From an uncultured Hyphomicrobiales bacterium (GTDB taxonomy: Bacteria > Pseudomonadota > Alphaproteobacteria > Rhizobiales > Phreatobacteraceae), in the NCBI GenBank assembly GCA_964587395.1, contig CAZPMD010000009.1:1507-65506 (forward strand): DNA of 64,000 nucleotides, given 5' to 3'. The notes under the pieces are model-generated. The model searched no databases, was not told where the DNA came from, and saw only the letters and a list, made by a program, of their open reading frames with translations. Below, one piece after another: positions 1 to 9,149 of the stretch. A program made the translations under genes and the position numbers. How positions within the stretch are numbered: position 1 is the first letter of the stretch; every line of letters begins with the position of its first letter.

Positions 1-48
1 CCTCCCGTGGATGTTGTCCGCCGGTTCGCCCGGCCTGTGCTGGACAGT

Positions 49-558
49 CTATCCGACCTTGAGATAGGCGAAACCCTTGCTCTGCAAGGCCGCCACGGTG
101 GCGACGCCCGAGGGCACAAAGGTGATGAAGTCGGCTTTCCGCACCTTCGAGCGATCGAGGTTCAGGCGCTGGAAGGTGATGTCGCACAGATGGACCTTCA
201 GGCCGTTCTTCGCCTGGGCGAGCACGCGGTCGAAGATCTGCGGGACCATCGCCTCGTCCCGCCAGTTCGTCCCCTCAAGGCTTTCAAGGAAGAACTTGAC
301 GCCGGGGCCATGGGCCACGATCACCAGCTGGACGGCGAAGGGATCGGCGCCGTAGGCGGAGAAGTGGTTGCCGACGTTGGTGAGCATCTGCACGAAGCGC
401 GGCGGGTCGCCAAAATCGCAATGATAGACGCAGGCGACATCGGCCTCCTTCTTCAGGTCGGACAGCTGCAGCATAGGCGTCGCGGCGGCCGTCGTCGCCA
501 CGGCTGCCGAAGCCAGCACGGCTCCGCCGAGAAGCACCCTGCGATCAATGTCCGACAT
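49..558 (-). CDS. DsrE/DsrF-like sulfur-relay-fold protein with a twin-arginine signal (predicted periplasmic); last gene of the soxYZBCD-side operon
   Basis: ORF 49..603(-). ATG at 558 preferred because of the upstream AGGAGATGGAGAAAGCC. N-terminus MSDIDRRVLLGGAVLASAAVA looks Tat-like. HGPGVKFF...VPSGVATVAALQSKGFAYLKV resembles DsrE/DsrF-like (COG1416-type) proteins. Cys residues in YHCDF and HLCDI. Confidence 0.7.
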   Translation of the reverse strand: MSDIDRRVLLGGAVLASAAVATTAAATPMLQLSDLKKEADVACVYHCDFGDPPRFVQMLTNVGNHFSAYGADPFAVQLVIVAHGPGVKFFLESLEGTNWRDEAMVPQIFDRVLAQAKNGLKVHLCDITFQRLNLDRSKVRKADFITFVPSGVATVAALQSKGFAYLKVG

Positions 559-592
559 GGCTTTCTCCATCTCCTGGCGATTCTTGCGCCGG

Positions 593-922
593 CTAGTTCC
601 CACGCGGACGCAGACTGCCGAAATAGGCCGCCAGCGCCGCCACTTCCTCCGCCGTCAGCCGCGCGGCCATGGCCTGCATGACCTGATTGTCCCGTTCGCG
701 GCGCCTATAGCTGTCCATCAGGGCGACGAAGGCGTCCTGCGGCAGGCCGATGATCGCCGGGATGCCGCCGACCTGCTGTCCCGAGACCTGGTGGCAGGTG
801 ACGCATTCCGAGGCCAGATACTCGCCGAGCGCCGCATCGCCGCCTCGGGCCGGGACCACGGCCACGGTGGCGCAGGCCAGTGCCGCGAGGGCCAGCGCGG
901 GGGATCGCCGGCCCTGTCTCAT
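593..922 (-). CDS. Small monoheme c-type cytochrome with a signal peptide, translationally coupled to soxD
   Basis: 109 aa with a single CVTCH heme motif and a hydrophobic N-terminus. Its ATG overlaps the soxD stop (ATGA at 919-922). Confidence 0.8.
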   Translation of the reverse strand: MRQGRRSPALALAALACATVAVVPARGGDAALGEYLASECVTCHQVSGQQVGGIPAIIGLPQDAFVALMDSYRRRERDNQVMQAMAARLTAEEVAALAAYFGSLRPRGN

Positions 923-1644
923 TCGACCCTCGGACCGCTGCGGCCTTCCGGCGTGACGTCGATCACGCGGGCACGGCCGGTGACCTGCGGCGCCGTCGGC
1001 CGGCAGTTGGTCATGCAGGGATTGGTGTTCCAGAAGGCGCGCTCGGTGGTCTCGCGGTCGTCGTCGTAGAAGTTGTCGACGTTGGGCAGGCGCACCGACG
1101 TGAAGTTCTCCCTGCTCAACTCGAAACTCTCCGGCACGATGTCGTTGAGGAAGAGGAGATAGGCCGTCAGGGCATAGACGTCATCGTTCGACAGCGACTG
1201 GGCGTTGCCATAGGGCATGGCGCGGCGGACGTAGTCGAAGGCTGTCGACAGATAGGGCCAGAAGGATCCGATCGTCTTCTCCGGGCTCTCGCCGCGGAGT
1301 GAACCGCGCCCGCCGGCCAGGACCGGCCAGCGACCCGTGCCCTCGCCGAACTCGCCGTGACAGGCGGCGCACTGGGCCTGGTAGACCTCCTCGCCGTGCT
1401 TCACCGTCCCGCGGCCCGGCGGCAGGCCCTGCCCGTCCGGACGGACCGCGATGGCCCATGCGGCAACCTCCGCGGAATGCGCCTCGCGGCCGAGGCCGAC
1501 CTTTTTCGGGGTGGCCGCAGCAGCTGGCGCGGCGGGTTGCTGCTGACGCTGCGGTTGCGGGCGCTGCTGGGCCAGGACCAGGCTCGCGCCCGACAGGCCG
1601 ACCACGATCGTCAGCGCCGTGAGGAGCTTAGCCGATCTCGACAT
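919..1644 (-). CDS. soxD: SoxD-type cytochrome c subunit of sulfane dehydrogenase SoxCD (monoheme version)
   Basis: ORF 919..1716(-). Start at MSRSAKLLTALTIVVGLSGASLVLA (ATG 1644). Single CAACH motif. Lies directly downstream of soxC and overlaps its 3' end. Confidence 0.8.
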   Translation of the reverse strand: MSRSAKLLTALTIVVGLSGASLVLAQQRPQPQRQQQPAAPAAAATPKKVGLGREAHSAEVAAWAIAVRPDGQGLPPGRGTVKHGEEVYQAQCAACHGEFGEGTGRWPVLAGGRGSLRGESPEKTIGSFWPYLSTAFDYVRRAMPYGNAQSLSNDDVYALTAYLLFLNDIVPESFELSRENFTSVRLPNVDNFYDDDRETTERAFWNTNPCMTNCRPTAPQVTGRARVIDVTPEGRSGPRVE

Positions 1645-2905
1645 TTTCGGTCTCCCCGTTCGGACGCACCAGCCAGGTCTGGATGCCGTTGTTGTGGTAG
1701 ATGGAATTGGTGCCACGAACCTTCCGCAGCTCGTCCTTGCTGGGCTGGACGTAGCCGGTCTCGTCGATGGCGCGGGACTGGATCATCAGTTCCTGGCCGT
1801 TCCAGTCGAAGTCGACATAGAAGCGCGTCAGCGACATCGGCAGCACGGGACCGTCGATCCGCGCTGTCTGCCAGTTGCGGCCGCCATCCAGGGACACGTC
1901 GACGCGGCGGATCTTGCCGCGACCCGACCAGGCCAGCCCGGTCAGGACGTTGGGGCCCTTGTGCTTCAGCGGCGCCTGCGGCGAGGGGTTGGTCACCACG
2001 GACTTGGCATCCATGATGAAGGTGAAGCGGCGGGACCGCCCGTCGGCGAGCAGGTCGGTATATTTCGACGTCTCCTCGCGCTGCTGCCAGGGCATGTCGC
2101 CGACCTCGATCCGGCGCAACCACTTGATCCACATGTTGCCTTCCCATCCGGGCACCACCAGGCGCACCGGATAGCCCTGTTCGGGTCGCAGCATCTCGCC
2201 GTTCATCTTCCAGACGACGAGGCAGTCCTTGAGCCCCTTCTCGAGCGGAATGGAGCGCGTCATGCCGGATGAATCGCCGCCCTCGGCGAGCAGCCACTTG
2301 GCGTTGGTCTTGACGCCGGCCTCGTCCAGCAGGGTCTTCAGCGGAACGCCTGTGTACCAGACGTTGTGGACCATGCCGTGGGTGAACTGGCAGCCGTTGA
2401 GCTGGGCGCCCCGCCACTCCATGCCAGAATTGGCCGCGCATTCGAGAAAATAGGCGTGGTTCTGCCGGCCGGGGAAGCGCTTGAGGTCGTCGAGCGTGAA
2501 CACCAGCGGCTTGTCGACGAGGCCGTTGATCATCAGGCGGTACTTGGCCGGGTCGATCTCGGCGATGCCGCCATGGTGGCGTTCGAAGCAGAGGCCCGAC
2601 GGGGTGATGATGCCGTCGAGCTCATGCAGCGGCGTGAAGTTCACCGAGGACTCACGGCTGGCGGTCAGCCATTCGACGTCGCGCCGCACGACATGCCTCT
2701 CGAACTGCGACGGGCTGCCATAGGGGCGGGCCTGGACGCCGTCGCCGAGCGTGCGGGCCCAGTCCTGGACATCGGTGATGAGCGGGTCCGGGGTGGCGGG
2801 GGGGGCGGCCACGGCGGGAACCGATGCGGCGGCGACGCCGGCGCCTGCCAGGCCGGCGGCTCCCAGAAACCTGCGCCTGTTGAGAATGGTGGCTTCGCTT
2901 GTCAT
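1628..2905 (-). CDS. soxC: SoxC, molybdopterin subunit of sulfane dehydrogenase (sulfite-oxidase family), Tat-exported
   Basis: ORF 1628..2935(-). ATG 2905 is preceded by GAGGAGGTGCGC; ATG 2935 (overlapping the soxB stop) is the alternative. Tat motif NRRRFLGAAGLAG. Sulfite-oxidase-like sequence, positioned between soxB and soxD. Confidence 0.9.
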   Translation of the reverse strand: MTSEATILNRRRFLGAAGLAGAGVAAASVPAVAAPPATPDPLITDVQDWARTLGDGVQARPYGSPSQFERHVVRRDVEWLTASRESSVNFTPLHELDGIITPSGLCFERHHGGIAEIDPAKYRLMINGLVDKPLVFTLDDLKRFPGRQNHAYFLECAANSGMEWRGAQLNGCQFTHGMVHNVWYTGVPLKTLLDEAGVKTNAKWLLAEGGDSSGMTRSIPLEKGLKDCLVVWKMNGEMLRPEQGYPVRLVVPGWEGNMWIKWLRRIEVGDMPWQQREETSKYTDLLADGRSRRFTFIMDAKSVVTNPSPQAPLKHKGPNVLTGLAWSGRGKIRRVDVSLDGGRNWQTARIDGPVLPMSLTRFYVDFDWNGQELMIQSRAIDETGYVQPSKDELRKVRGTNSIYHNNGIQTWLVRPNGETENVEIG

Positions 2906-2931
2906 GCGCACCTCCTCGGGGGGGATCCTCT

Positions 2932-4629
2932 TCATGCTCCGGTCACCTTCACGGCGGAGTTGGGGTCGATGCGGACCGTCTTCAGCCGGGCGACGTGCGC
3001 CTGCACGACATCCCAGATCGGCGGCCCCTGTGTGCCCTGGTTGACGCTGGCCCAGCCAGCGACGGTGTAGGATTTCGATGCCTCGAGCTGTTGCCCTGTC
3101 TTCAGCAGCGTCAGCTCGGAAATGCGCCGGCCCATAGGCGCGGAGACATCGATCGCATAGCCGACGCCGCCGACGCGCACCATGTCGCCACCGCCCTGGA
3201 AGTAGGGATCGGGGTGGAAGATGTTGTCGGCGACATCCTCAAGGATCTCCTTCAGCTGTGCGCCCGTCATCTGCATCCGGTAGCAGGCCGGATAGGTCAT
3301 GGCGGTGGCGTTGGCGATGGCCTCGAAGGTGATGGGATCGCCCGGCAGCAGTGTTCCGCCCCAGCGGAATCCGGGCGAGAGGGCGATTTCGGCGTCGCGT
3401 TCTGCCAGCATGGCCTGGGCGATCAGGTCGTCGAAGGTGCCGTTGAAGTTGCCGCGCCGGTAGAGGAGGCTCTCGGTCCTGCCGACCTCGCGCGCGAGGT
3501 CCGCCGCGAAGGGCTTGCGGACGGTCTCGACCAGCGACGTCATCGCTGCATCCGGCTGGATGGCGTCGGTGAAGACCGGCATCAGCTTGAACCGATAACC
3601 AGCCACCTTCTTGTCACGGATGTCGAGGTCGAGGCGCGACACGAACTTGCCGTGCGAGCCCGAGCCGATGAGGATGGTCTTGCCGACTGTGACGACGCCG
3701 GGCATGGCGTCATGGGTGTGGGCTGTGAGGATGACGTCGATGCCGCTGACGCGGGTCGCGAGCTTGGCATCCACATCGAAGCCGTTGTGCGACAGCAGCA
3801 CCACGACATCGGCACCTTCGGCGCGCGCCTCCTCGACCTGCTTGCGCAGGTCGTCCTCGCGAATGCCGAACTCGAGGTCCGGGAACATCCAGCGCGGATT
3901 GGCGATGCCGGTGCGCGGCAGGGCCTGGCCGATGACGGCGACCTTGGCGCCGCCCTTCTCGTACATCTTGCGCGCCTCGAAGACCGGCTCCTGCCACTCG
4001 ATGCTGCGGATGTTCTGCGCCAGGAAGGCGATCTTCGACTTCTCGGCGATCTCCTTGACACGGTCCTGGCCGAGGGTGAACTCCCAGTGCGACGTCATGG
4101 CGTCGACGCCGAGCGCCTCCATGGCGGTCACCATATCCTGGCCCTTGGTCTGAAGCGACGACCAGGACCCCTGCCAGGTATCGCCGCCGTCGAGCAGCAG
4201 CACGCGGTTGTCGCCGCGCTCGGCGCGGATCGCCTTCACCAGGCGCGCGATCCGGTCCATGCCGCCCATGCGGCCATAGTTGCGGGCGAGCTGGGTGAAG
4301 TCGTCGGCGGTCAGGGCGTGAGCTTCAGCGGAGCCGGCGGCGAGCCCGAAATGGTCGCGGAACGCCTTGTCGGTGAGATGCGGCGGCTTGCCCTTGGCCT
4401 CGCCGACGCCGAGATTGACCGACGGCTCGCGGAAATAGAGCGGCATGAGCTGGGCGTGGATGTCGGTGACGTGAAGGATCGTCACCTGTCCGAGAGGCTC
4501 GAAGCGCAGGATGTCCTGCTCCGTGAGACGCTGCTGCGCGGCGGCGCGGCCGAGAGGCCCGAGGCCCGACGCAAGCGTCAGGGCATGGGCAGCCGCCGTC
4601 GCCTGCAGGAAATGCCTGCGCGAGATCAT
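2932..4629 (-). CDS. soxB: SoxB thiosulfohydrolase (5'-nucleotidase/metallophosphoesterase fold), Tat-exported
   Basis: 565 aa. MISRRHFLQATAAAHALTLA Tat signal. DIHAQ...GGDTWQGS...SHNG metallophosphatase motifs. Position after soxZ. Confidence 0.92.
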   Translation of the reverse strand: MISRRHFLQATAAAHALTLASGLGPLGRAAAQQRLTEQDILRFEPLGQVTILHVTDIHAQLMPLYFREPSVNLGVGEAKGKPPHLTDKAFRDHFGLAAGSAEAHALTADDFTQLARNYGRMGGMDRIARLVKAIRAERGDNRVLLLDGGDTWQGSWSSLQTKGQDMVTAMEALGVDAMTSHWEFTLGQDRVKEIAEKSKIAFLAQNIRSIEWQEPVFEARKMYEKGGAKVAVIGQALPRTGIANPRWMFPDLEFGIREDDLRKQVEEARAEGADVVVLLSHNGFDVDAKLATRVSGIDVILTAHTHDAMPGVVTVGKTILIGSGSHGKFVSRLDLDIRDKKVAGYRFKLMPVFTDAIQPDAAMTSLVETVRKPFAADLAREVGRTESLLYRRGNFNGTFDDLIAQAMLAERDAEIALSPGFRWGGTLLPGDPITFEAIANATAMTYPACYRMQMTGAQLKEILEDVADNIFHPDPYFQGGGDMVRVGGVGYAIDVSAPMGRRISELTLLKTGQQLEASKSYTVAGWASVNQGTQGPPIWDVVQAHVARLKTVRIDPNSAVKVTGA

Positions 4630-4693
4630 CGTTCTGTCCTGTCGTTGGGAAGCGGCGGACCACGGGCGCCGTGCGGCGCCCGCAGTCGTCCGG

Positions 4694-5023
4694 TCAGCTC
4701 ACCGCGATGCGGCTGGTGGCCGTGTATTCGGAGCCGTCGTCATCCCGCCACACCATCTTCAGCTCGCCGGCTTCGGTCGCCTTGAAGAAGAAGGACTGGT
4801 AGGGGTTGGCCGAGATCGCCGCATGCCAGTCCGCCTCGAAGACGGGCTTGCCGTTGAAGGTGGCGGTGAAGCGGTTGATGATCTTGCGCGGGATCGGCTT
4901 GCCGTCGGAGCCGCGGCGCTGGCCGCTCTCCATCTCGTGCGAGATCAGCGTCTTCACCTCGACGACGTCGCCGGCCTTGATGTTGCCGGGAACGCGGACA
5001 CGGGGAGTGGGTCGCGTGGTCAT
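4694..5023 (-). CDS. soxZ: SoxZ, sulfur-compound chelating partner of SoxY
   Basis: 109 aa. MTTRPTPRVRVPGNIKAGDVVEVKTLISHEMESG is typical SoxZ. GGGAGG SD upstream. Directly follows soxY. Confidence 0.9.
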   Translation of the reverse strand: MTTRPTPRVRVPGNIKAGDVVEVKTLISHEMESGQRRGSDGKPIPRKIINRFTATFNGKPVFEADWHAAISANPYQSFFFKATEAGELKMVWRDDDGSEYTATSRIAVS

Positions 5024-5037
5024 GTGTTGATCCTCCC

Positions 5038-5502
5038 TCAGCCGCCGCAGCCGCCGATGGTGACCTTCACCTCGGCCTTCGTCGTGAACAGCGATCCATC
5101 CGACATCTCGGCGACCGCGATGATGTTCTGGGTCTGGGCAAGCCTCATGCGGGTCGATGCCGAGGCGCGGCCGGACATGGGCGTGAAGCGGAAGGTGAGC
5201 ACGCCGGGCAGCGGATTGCCGTCGGCGAAGACATGCACCGCTTTCACGTAGTTCTGCTCCGTCATCGGGCTCTCGACATCGACCGTGATCGGCACGACGA
5301 GACCGTTCTCGGCGATCTGCGGCACGTCGAGCTTGACGCGCCCATCGGCCATCGTCTTGCCGTCGTAGAGCTTCTTGAGTTCGGCCTCGACGGCCTTGGC
5401 ATCGGCGTGGGCAAGGCCCGGTGCGATGACTGATGCGGCGGCCGCGAGAGCCGCGAAACGCAGCACGCTGCGCCTCGTCTGATGGACGATTGGACCCGCC
5501 AT
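5038..5502 (-). CDS. soxY: SoxY sulfur carrier protein (C-terminal GGCGG swinging-arm motif), Tat signal
   Basis: ORF 5038..5745(-) trimmed to ATG 5502 (GAAAGGAGGTCC SD). TRRSVLRFAALAAAASV Tat-like signal. C-terminus ...KVTIGGCGG. Confidence 0.9.
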   Translation of the reverse strand: MAGPIVHQTRRSVLRFAALAAAASVIAPGLAHADAKAVEAELKKLYDGKTMADGRVKLDVPQIAENGLVVPITVDVESPMTEQNYVKAVHVFADGNPLPGVLTFRFTPMSGRASASTRMRLAQTQNIIAVAEMSDGSLFTTKAEVKVTIGGCGG

Positions 5503-5598
5503 GGGGACCTCCTTTCGTGTTTCCCGACCAGGACGGCTCTCTTGCGGAACCGCTCCATCTTCTTCTTGACGCCGCAATCCGACGACTGCAAGCTTGGA

Positions 5599-5612
5599 TA
5601 TATTGGTATATA
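5599..5612. promoter_or_regulatory. Inverted repeat TATAT-N4-ATATA in the AT-rich core of the divergent soxY/soxA control region (candidate SoxR operator)
   Basis: gga TATAT TGGT ATATA g sits in the only AT-rich patch (about 5590-5630) of the 196-bp soxY-soxA intergenic region. An ArsR-type soxR is encoded in the locus. Confidence 0.3.
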
Positions 5613-5698
5613 GTTTTTCGTGAATGTAAAGCGCGAAACGATGCCAGATGGATCGCCCCGGCAGAGGGCGACCGGGAGAACGCAAAGGAGGAAAAGCG

Positions 5699-6529
5699 AT
5701 GGGTCGCAGGCTAGGTCTGTTTGCCCTGATGGCCGCCGCCGTCACCCTCGTCGGTATTGCTGGCGTGATGGCTCAGGCGCAGGACGAGAGCGAAAAGGAA
5801 ATCGAGCGCTATCGCGCCATGATCAACGACCCGATGGCCAATCCCGGCTATCTGGCGGTCGATCGTGGCGAGATCTTGTGGGCGCAGGCGCGCGGCTCGA
5901 AGAACGTCTCGCTCGAGACCTGCGATCTCGGTGAAGGACCAGGCAAGCTGGAGGGCGCCTATGCCAAGTTGCCGCGCTTCTTCGCCGATGCCGACAAGGT
6001 CATGGACATCGAGCAGCGGCTCCTGTGGTGCATGGAGAAGATCCAGGGGCTGGACACGGCCGATGTGATTCGCCGGCGCTTCTCGGGCCCGGGCCGTGCC
6101 TCCGACATGGAGGATCTCGTCGCCTTCATCGCCAACAAGTCGAACGGGATGCGCATCCAGCCGCAGACGGCCCATCCGCGCGAGCGCGAGATGACGGCCA
6201 TCGGCGAGGCGATGTTCTATCGCCGCGCCGGCGTCATGGACTTCTCCTGCGCCACCTGCCACGCCGAGCCCGGCAAGCGCATCCGCCTGCAGGGCCTTCC
6301 GGACTTTTCGACGCCCGGCAAGCAGGCGCAGGAAACCATGGGGTCCTGGCCGACCTACCGCGTCTCGCAGAGCGCGCTCAGGACCATGCAGCACCGGCTG
6401 TGGGACTGCTTCCGCCAGCAGCGCTGGCCGGAGCCCGCCTATGCATCGGACGGCCTGACGGCCCTCCACATGTTCCTCAATGTCCAGGCTGCGGGCGGTG
6501 AGATCACCGTCCCCTCCATCAAGCGCTGA
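5699..6529 (+). CDS. soxA: SoxA cytochrome c, monoheme type
   Basis: ORF 5648..6529 trimmed to ATG 5699 (AAAGGAGGAAAAG SD). Signal peptide, a single CATCH motif, and a conserved Cys in [10 protein letters not shown] (candidate heme-ligand Cys). Followed by soxX. Confidence 0.9.
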   Translation: MGRRLGLFALMAAAVTLVGIAGVMAQAQDESEKEIERYRAMINDPMANPGYLAVDRGEILWAQARGSKNVSLETCDLGEGPGKLEGAYAKLPRFFADADKVMDIEQRLLWCMEKIQGLDTADVIRRRFSGPGRASDMEDLVAFIANKSNGMRIQPQTAHPREREMTAIGEAMFYRRAGVMDFSCATCHAEPGKRIRLQGLPDFSTPGKQAQETMGSWPTYRVSQSALRTMQHRLWDCFRQQRWPEPAYASDGLTALHMFLNVQAAGGEITVPSIKR

Positions 6530-6541
6530 GCGGGGGTCGCC

Positions 6542-7177
6542 ATGTTCCGAACTTTCTCGAAGTCCCTCCGACTGGTGCTGGCCTGCGGGCTTGTGCTTTC
6601 CGTCACCTCGGTGACGGCGCAGGACCATCCGGCCGCCGATCCGGCCAAGGTGGACGCGCTGATGCGCGCGATGTTCGCGCGGGTATCGCCGGAGTGGCAG
6701 GCGCAGGCGCAGCTCGACGAGACGCAGAGGGCCTGCACCGAACGCCGCAACCAGGTCTCGGCGGCGGAAGCCGATGCGATCCAGGCACGCGAGCGCAGCG
6801 CGGTGGTCATGCCTTCCGACGGCAATTTCCTCGGCGACTGGCGCAAGGGCTTCCAGATCGCCAACAACGGCCGCGGCTTCCAGTTCTCCGACGGACCGGG
6901 AACCGTTGCCGGGGGCAATTGCTACGCCTGTCACCAGATGGATCCGAAGGAGGTCAGCTTCGGCACGCTCGGGCCGGGTCTCGCCGGCTATGGGCGTGAC
7001 CGCAACTACGACCCCGAGGTGATCCGCGACACCTATATCAAGATCTACAATTCGCAGGCGGTCGTGGCCTGTTCGAACATGCCGCGCTTCGGTGCCCAGA
7101 AGGTGCTGACCATCGAGCAGATCAAGGACGTCATGGCCTATCTGTTCGACCGCCAGTCGCCGGTGAACCAGCCCTGA
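6542..7177 (+). CDS. soxX: SoxX cytochrome c (long form), partner of SoxA
   Basis: 211 aa with a signal peptide and a single CYACH heme motif. Immediately downstream of soxA. Confidence 0.88.
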   Translation: MFRTFSKSLRLVLACGLVLSVTSVTAQDHPAADPAKVDALMRAMFARVSPEWQAQAQLDETQRACTERRNQVSAAEADAIQARERSAVVMPSDGNFLGDWRKGFQIANNGRGFQFSDGPGTVAGGNCYACHQMDPKEVSFGTLGPGLAGYGRDRNYDPEVIRDTYIKIYNSQAVVACSNMPRFGAQKVLTIEQIKDVMAYLFDRQSPVNQP

Positions 7178-7190
7178 CGGAGCTTGACGC

Positions 7191-7598
7191 GTGAGACGGC
7201 TGGTCTGGATCGTCGTCCTGTCGCTGATCTTCGGCGGCGGAGCCTTGCGCCCCGCCGCCGCCCTCGAACTGCTGATGTTCGAGCGCGCCGGCTGCCCCTA
7301 TTGCCTGCGCTGGAACCGGGACGTCGAACCGGCCTATACCGCCTCCGAAGAGGGGAGGCTCGCGCCTCTGCGCCGGATCGACATGGACCGGCGCGAGGAC
7401 CCGCGCGTCGCACTGAAAGTGCCGGTCCATTATTCGCCGACCTTCGTCCTCGCGGATGAGGGGCGAGAGATCGGCCGGCTGATCGGCTTCATTGACGCCG
7501 CCACGTTTTGGGGGTTGTTGAGCAAGATGATCAGCGATCATCGCAGCCGGCCCGGAACGACCCCGACGCCCGGACCAACGGGGGGGCGCCCAGGATGA
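7191..7598 (+). CDS. soxS: Periplasmic thioredoxin-like protein (SoxS-type)
   Basis: GTG start, signal peptide, and a CPYC redox motif in ERAGCPYCLRW. Its stop overlaps the soxR start (ATGA). Gene order S-R-T matches described soxSRT clusters. Confidence 0.65.
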   Translation: MRRLVWIVVLSLIFGGGALRPAAALELLMFERAGCPYCLRWNRDVEPAYTASEEGRLAPLRRIDMDRREDPRVALKVPVHYSPTFVLADEGREIGRLIGFIDAATFWGLLSKMISDHRSRPGTTPTPGPTGGRPG

Positions 7599-7984
7599 CG
7601 GAATCGATCGTTCCTGCCTCGATCGAGGAGCAGCTGAGGAACGGCCCGGAGTACTCGGTGGAGCTCGAGGAGCTCATGCGCAACGCGCGCGATGCGAGCG
7701 ACTTCCTGAAGGCACTGGCCCATGAAAGCCGGCTGCTCCTGCTCTGTCTCATCTCGGAACGCGAACGTTCGGTCGGTGAGCTGGAAGCGATCCTGTCGCT
7801 GCGCCAGCCGACCGTCTCGCAGCAACTGGCCCGCCTGCGCTACGACGAATTGGTGACGACCAGGCGGGACGGCACGACCGTCTACTACAGCCTCGCCAAC
7901 GAGGATGTTCGACAGGTCATCCGCGTCGTGTACAATATTTTCTGTCAGGGCGGCAGCAAGACCGCCTTGTGCCGGCCCACCTGA
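7595..7984 (+). CDS. soxR: ArsR-family transcriptional repressor (SoxR-type)
   Basis: ORF 7508..7984 trimmed to ATG 7595. LKALAHESRLLLLCLISERERSVGELEAILSLRQPTVSQQLARLR is a typical ArsR/SmtB helix-turn-helix. Sox locus context. Confidence 0.8.
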   Translation: MTESIVPASIEEQLRNGPEYSVELEELMRNARDASDFLKALAHESRLLLLCLISERERSVGELEAILSLRQPTVSQQLARLRYDELVTTRRDGTTVYYSLANEDVRQVIRVVYNIFCQGGSKTALCRPT

Positions 7985-8032
7985 GCGAAGCGGCACGATA
8001 GGGGGCTCCTTCCGGCCCCCGAGGGAGGATGC

Positions 8033-9142
8033 ATGTCTGGTCTTACGGCTGTTGCCGTGGGGCTGGTCGGGTTGGCCGTCGGCTTTGCCGCGGGCTTCAC
8101 CGTTCAGCGTGCGCGGCTCTGCACCTTCGGGGCGCTGGAAGATGCTTTGATCGGCGGCAACTGGCGTCGCCTGCGTGCCTTCGGACTGTCGCTCGCCATT
8201 GCCATCGCCGGCACGCAGTTGCTCATCCTCGTCGCGGGTTTCGATCCGGCCGCGACCACCTACATTCCCAGCCGCGTCGCGCTGGCCGGGATCATCGCCG
8301 GTTCGATCATGTTCGGCCTCGGCATGGCCCTGGTGGGGACCTGTGCCTTCGGATCCCTGGTGCGGCTGGGGACCGGTGACCTGCGCAGCCTGGTGACCCT
8401 CCTGGTCTTCGGCCTGGCGGCCTACGCCATCCTGCGCGGCGCACTCGCCGGGTTCCGGGTCGGAACGGTCGAGGCCCTCGCCCTGTCGATGCCAGGCGAC
8501 ACTCCGGGCTCCTACGGGTCGCTCGCCGCCGCCCGGTTCGGACCGGCTGCCGCCATGGCGCTCGTCTTCGGTCTCGTTCTCCTTCTCCTCGTGCTGGCGG
8601 CGCGCGATGCCCGCCTCAGGGCATCGCCACGGCTGCTGACGGCCGCCGTCACCCTCGGCCTCGGCGTCGTGGCCGGCTGGGCGGCGACCGCCCTGTTCGT
8701 CGATCCCTTCGAGGAGGGTGTGCGGGTCCAGAGCCTCACCTTCGTCGCGCCCGTGGCCCGGGGGCTGGCGGCGGTCCTCTTGAGCGAGGGCTCGCTGGTC
8801 GACTTCGGCGTCATGAGCGTGATCGGCGTGCCGCTCGGCGCCGCGACGGCGGCGCTGCTGGCGCGGGAATATCGCTGGGAGGCGTTCGACGATCACCGCG
8901 AGATGCGGCGCCATCTCGCTGGTGCGGTCCTGATGGGCCTCGGCGGCGTGCTGGCCGGCGGGTGCACGATCGGGCAGGGCCTCACCGCGGGGTCGCTGGT
9001 CGCCGCCTCCTGGCCGGTGTCGGTCGTCGGCATGGTGCTGGGCGCGCGCCTCGGGATCGCCATGCTCCTGGAAGGATCCATTCTCGGATGGCTGCGCGCC
9101 ATGGCCAGACCCGGCCAAGGCGGTCGCTTCCCCGCAGAGTGA
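8033..9142 (+). CDS. soxT: YeeE/YedE-family sulfur-compound permease (SoxT-type)
   Basis: 369 aa polytopic membrane protein. GFTVQRARLCTFGA and GGCTIGQG motifs are typical of the YeeE/YedE family. Follows soxR. Confidence 0.75.
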   Translation: MSGLTAVAVGLVGLAVGFAAGFTVQRARLCTFGALEDALIGGNWRRLRAFGLSLAIAIAGTQLLILVAGFDPAATTYIPSRVALAGIIAGSIMFGLGMALVGTCAFGSLVRLGTGDLRSLVTLLVFGLAAYAILRGALAGFRVGTVEALALSMPGDTPGSYGSLAAARFGPAAAMALVFGLVLLLLVLAARDARLRASPRLLTAAVTLGLGVVAGWAATALFVDPFEEGVRVQSLTFVAPVARGLAAVLLSEGSLVDFGVMSVIGVPLGAATAALLAREYRWEAFDDHREMRRHLAGAVLMGLGGVLAGGCTIGQGLTAGSLVAASWPVSVVGMVLGARLGIAMLLEGSILGWLRAMARPGQGGRFPAE

Positions 9143-9149
9143 CCGCTGC

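Noticed and set aside
2899-4785. Very long alternative-frame or antisense ORFs. Examples: 2899..4785(+) 628 aa, 7538..9451(-) 637 aa, 13488..15488(+) 666 aa, 21815..23557(-) 580 aa, 31478..33193(-) 571 aa, 47279..49042(-) 587 aa, 59837..61825(+) 662 aa.
   Set aside because: They lie opposite or out of frame to genes with clear family signatures. Their translations are Arg/Gly/Ala/Pro-rich low-complexity sequence, typical of shadow ORFs in high-GC DNA, and they lack recognisable motifs.
5503-5745. N-terminal extensions offered by the ORF track for soxY (235 aa), katG (767 aa), soxH (345 aa), the extensin-like gene (355 aa), the PhyK-like kinase (715 aa) and others.
   Set aside because: Internal ATG or GTG codons with good Shine-Dalgarno sequences, signal peptides or family-typical N-termini give the expected protein lengths. 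The extensions overlap promoters or neighbouring genes.
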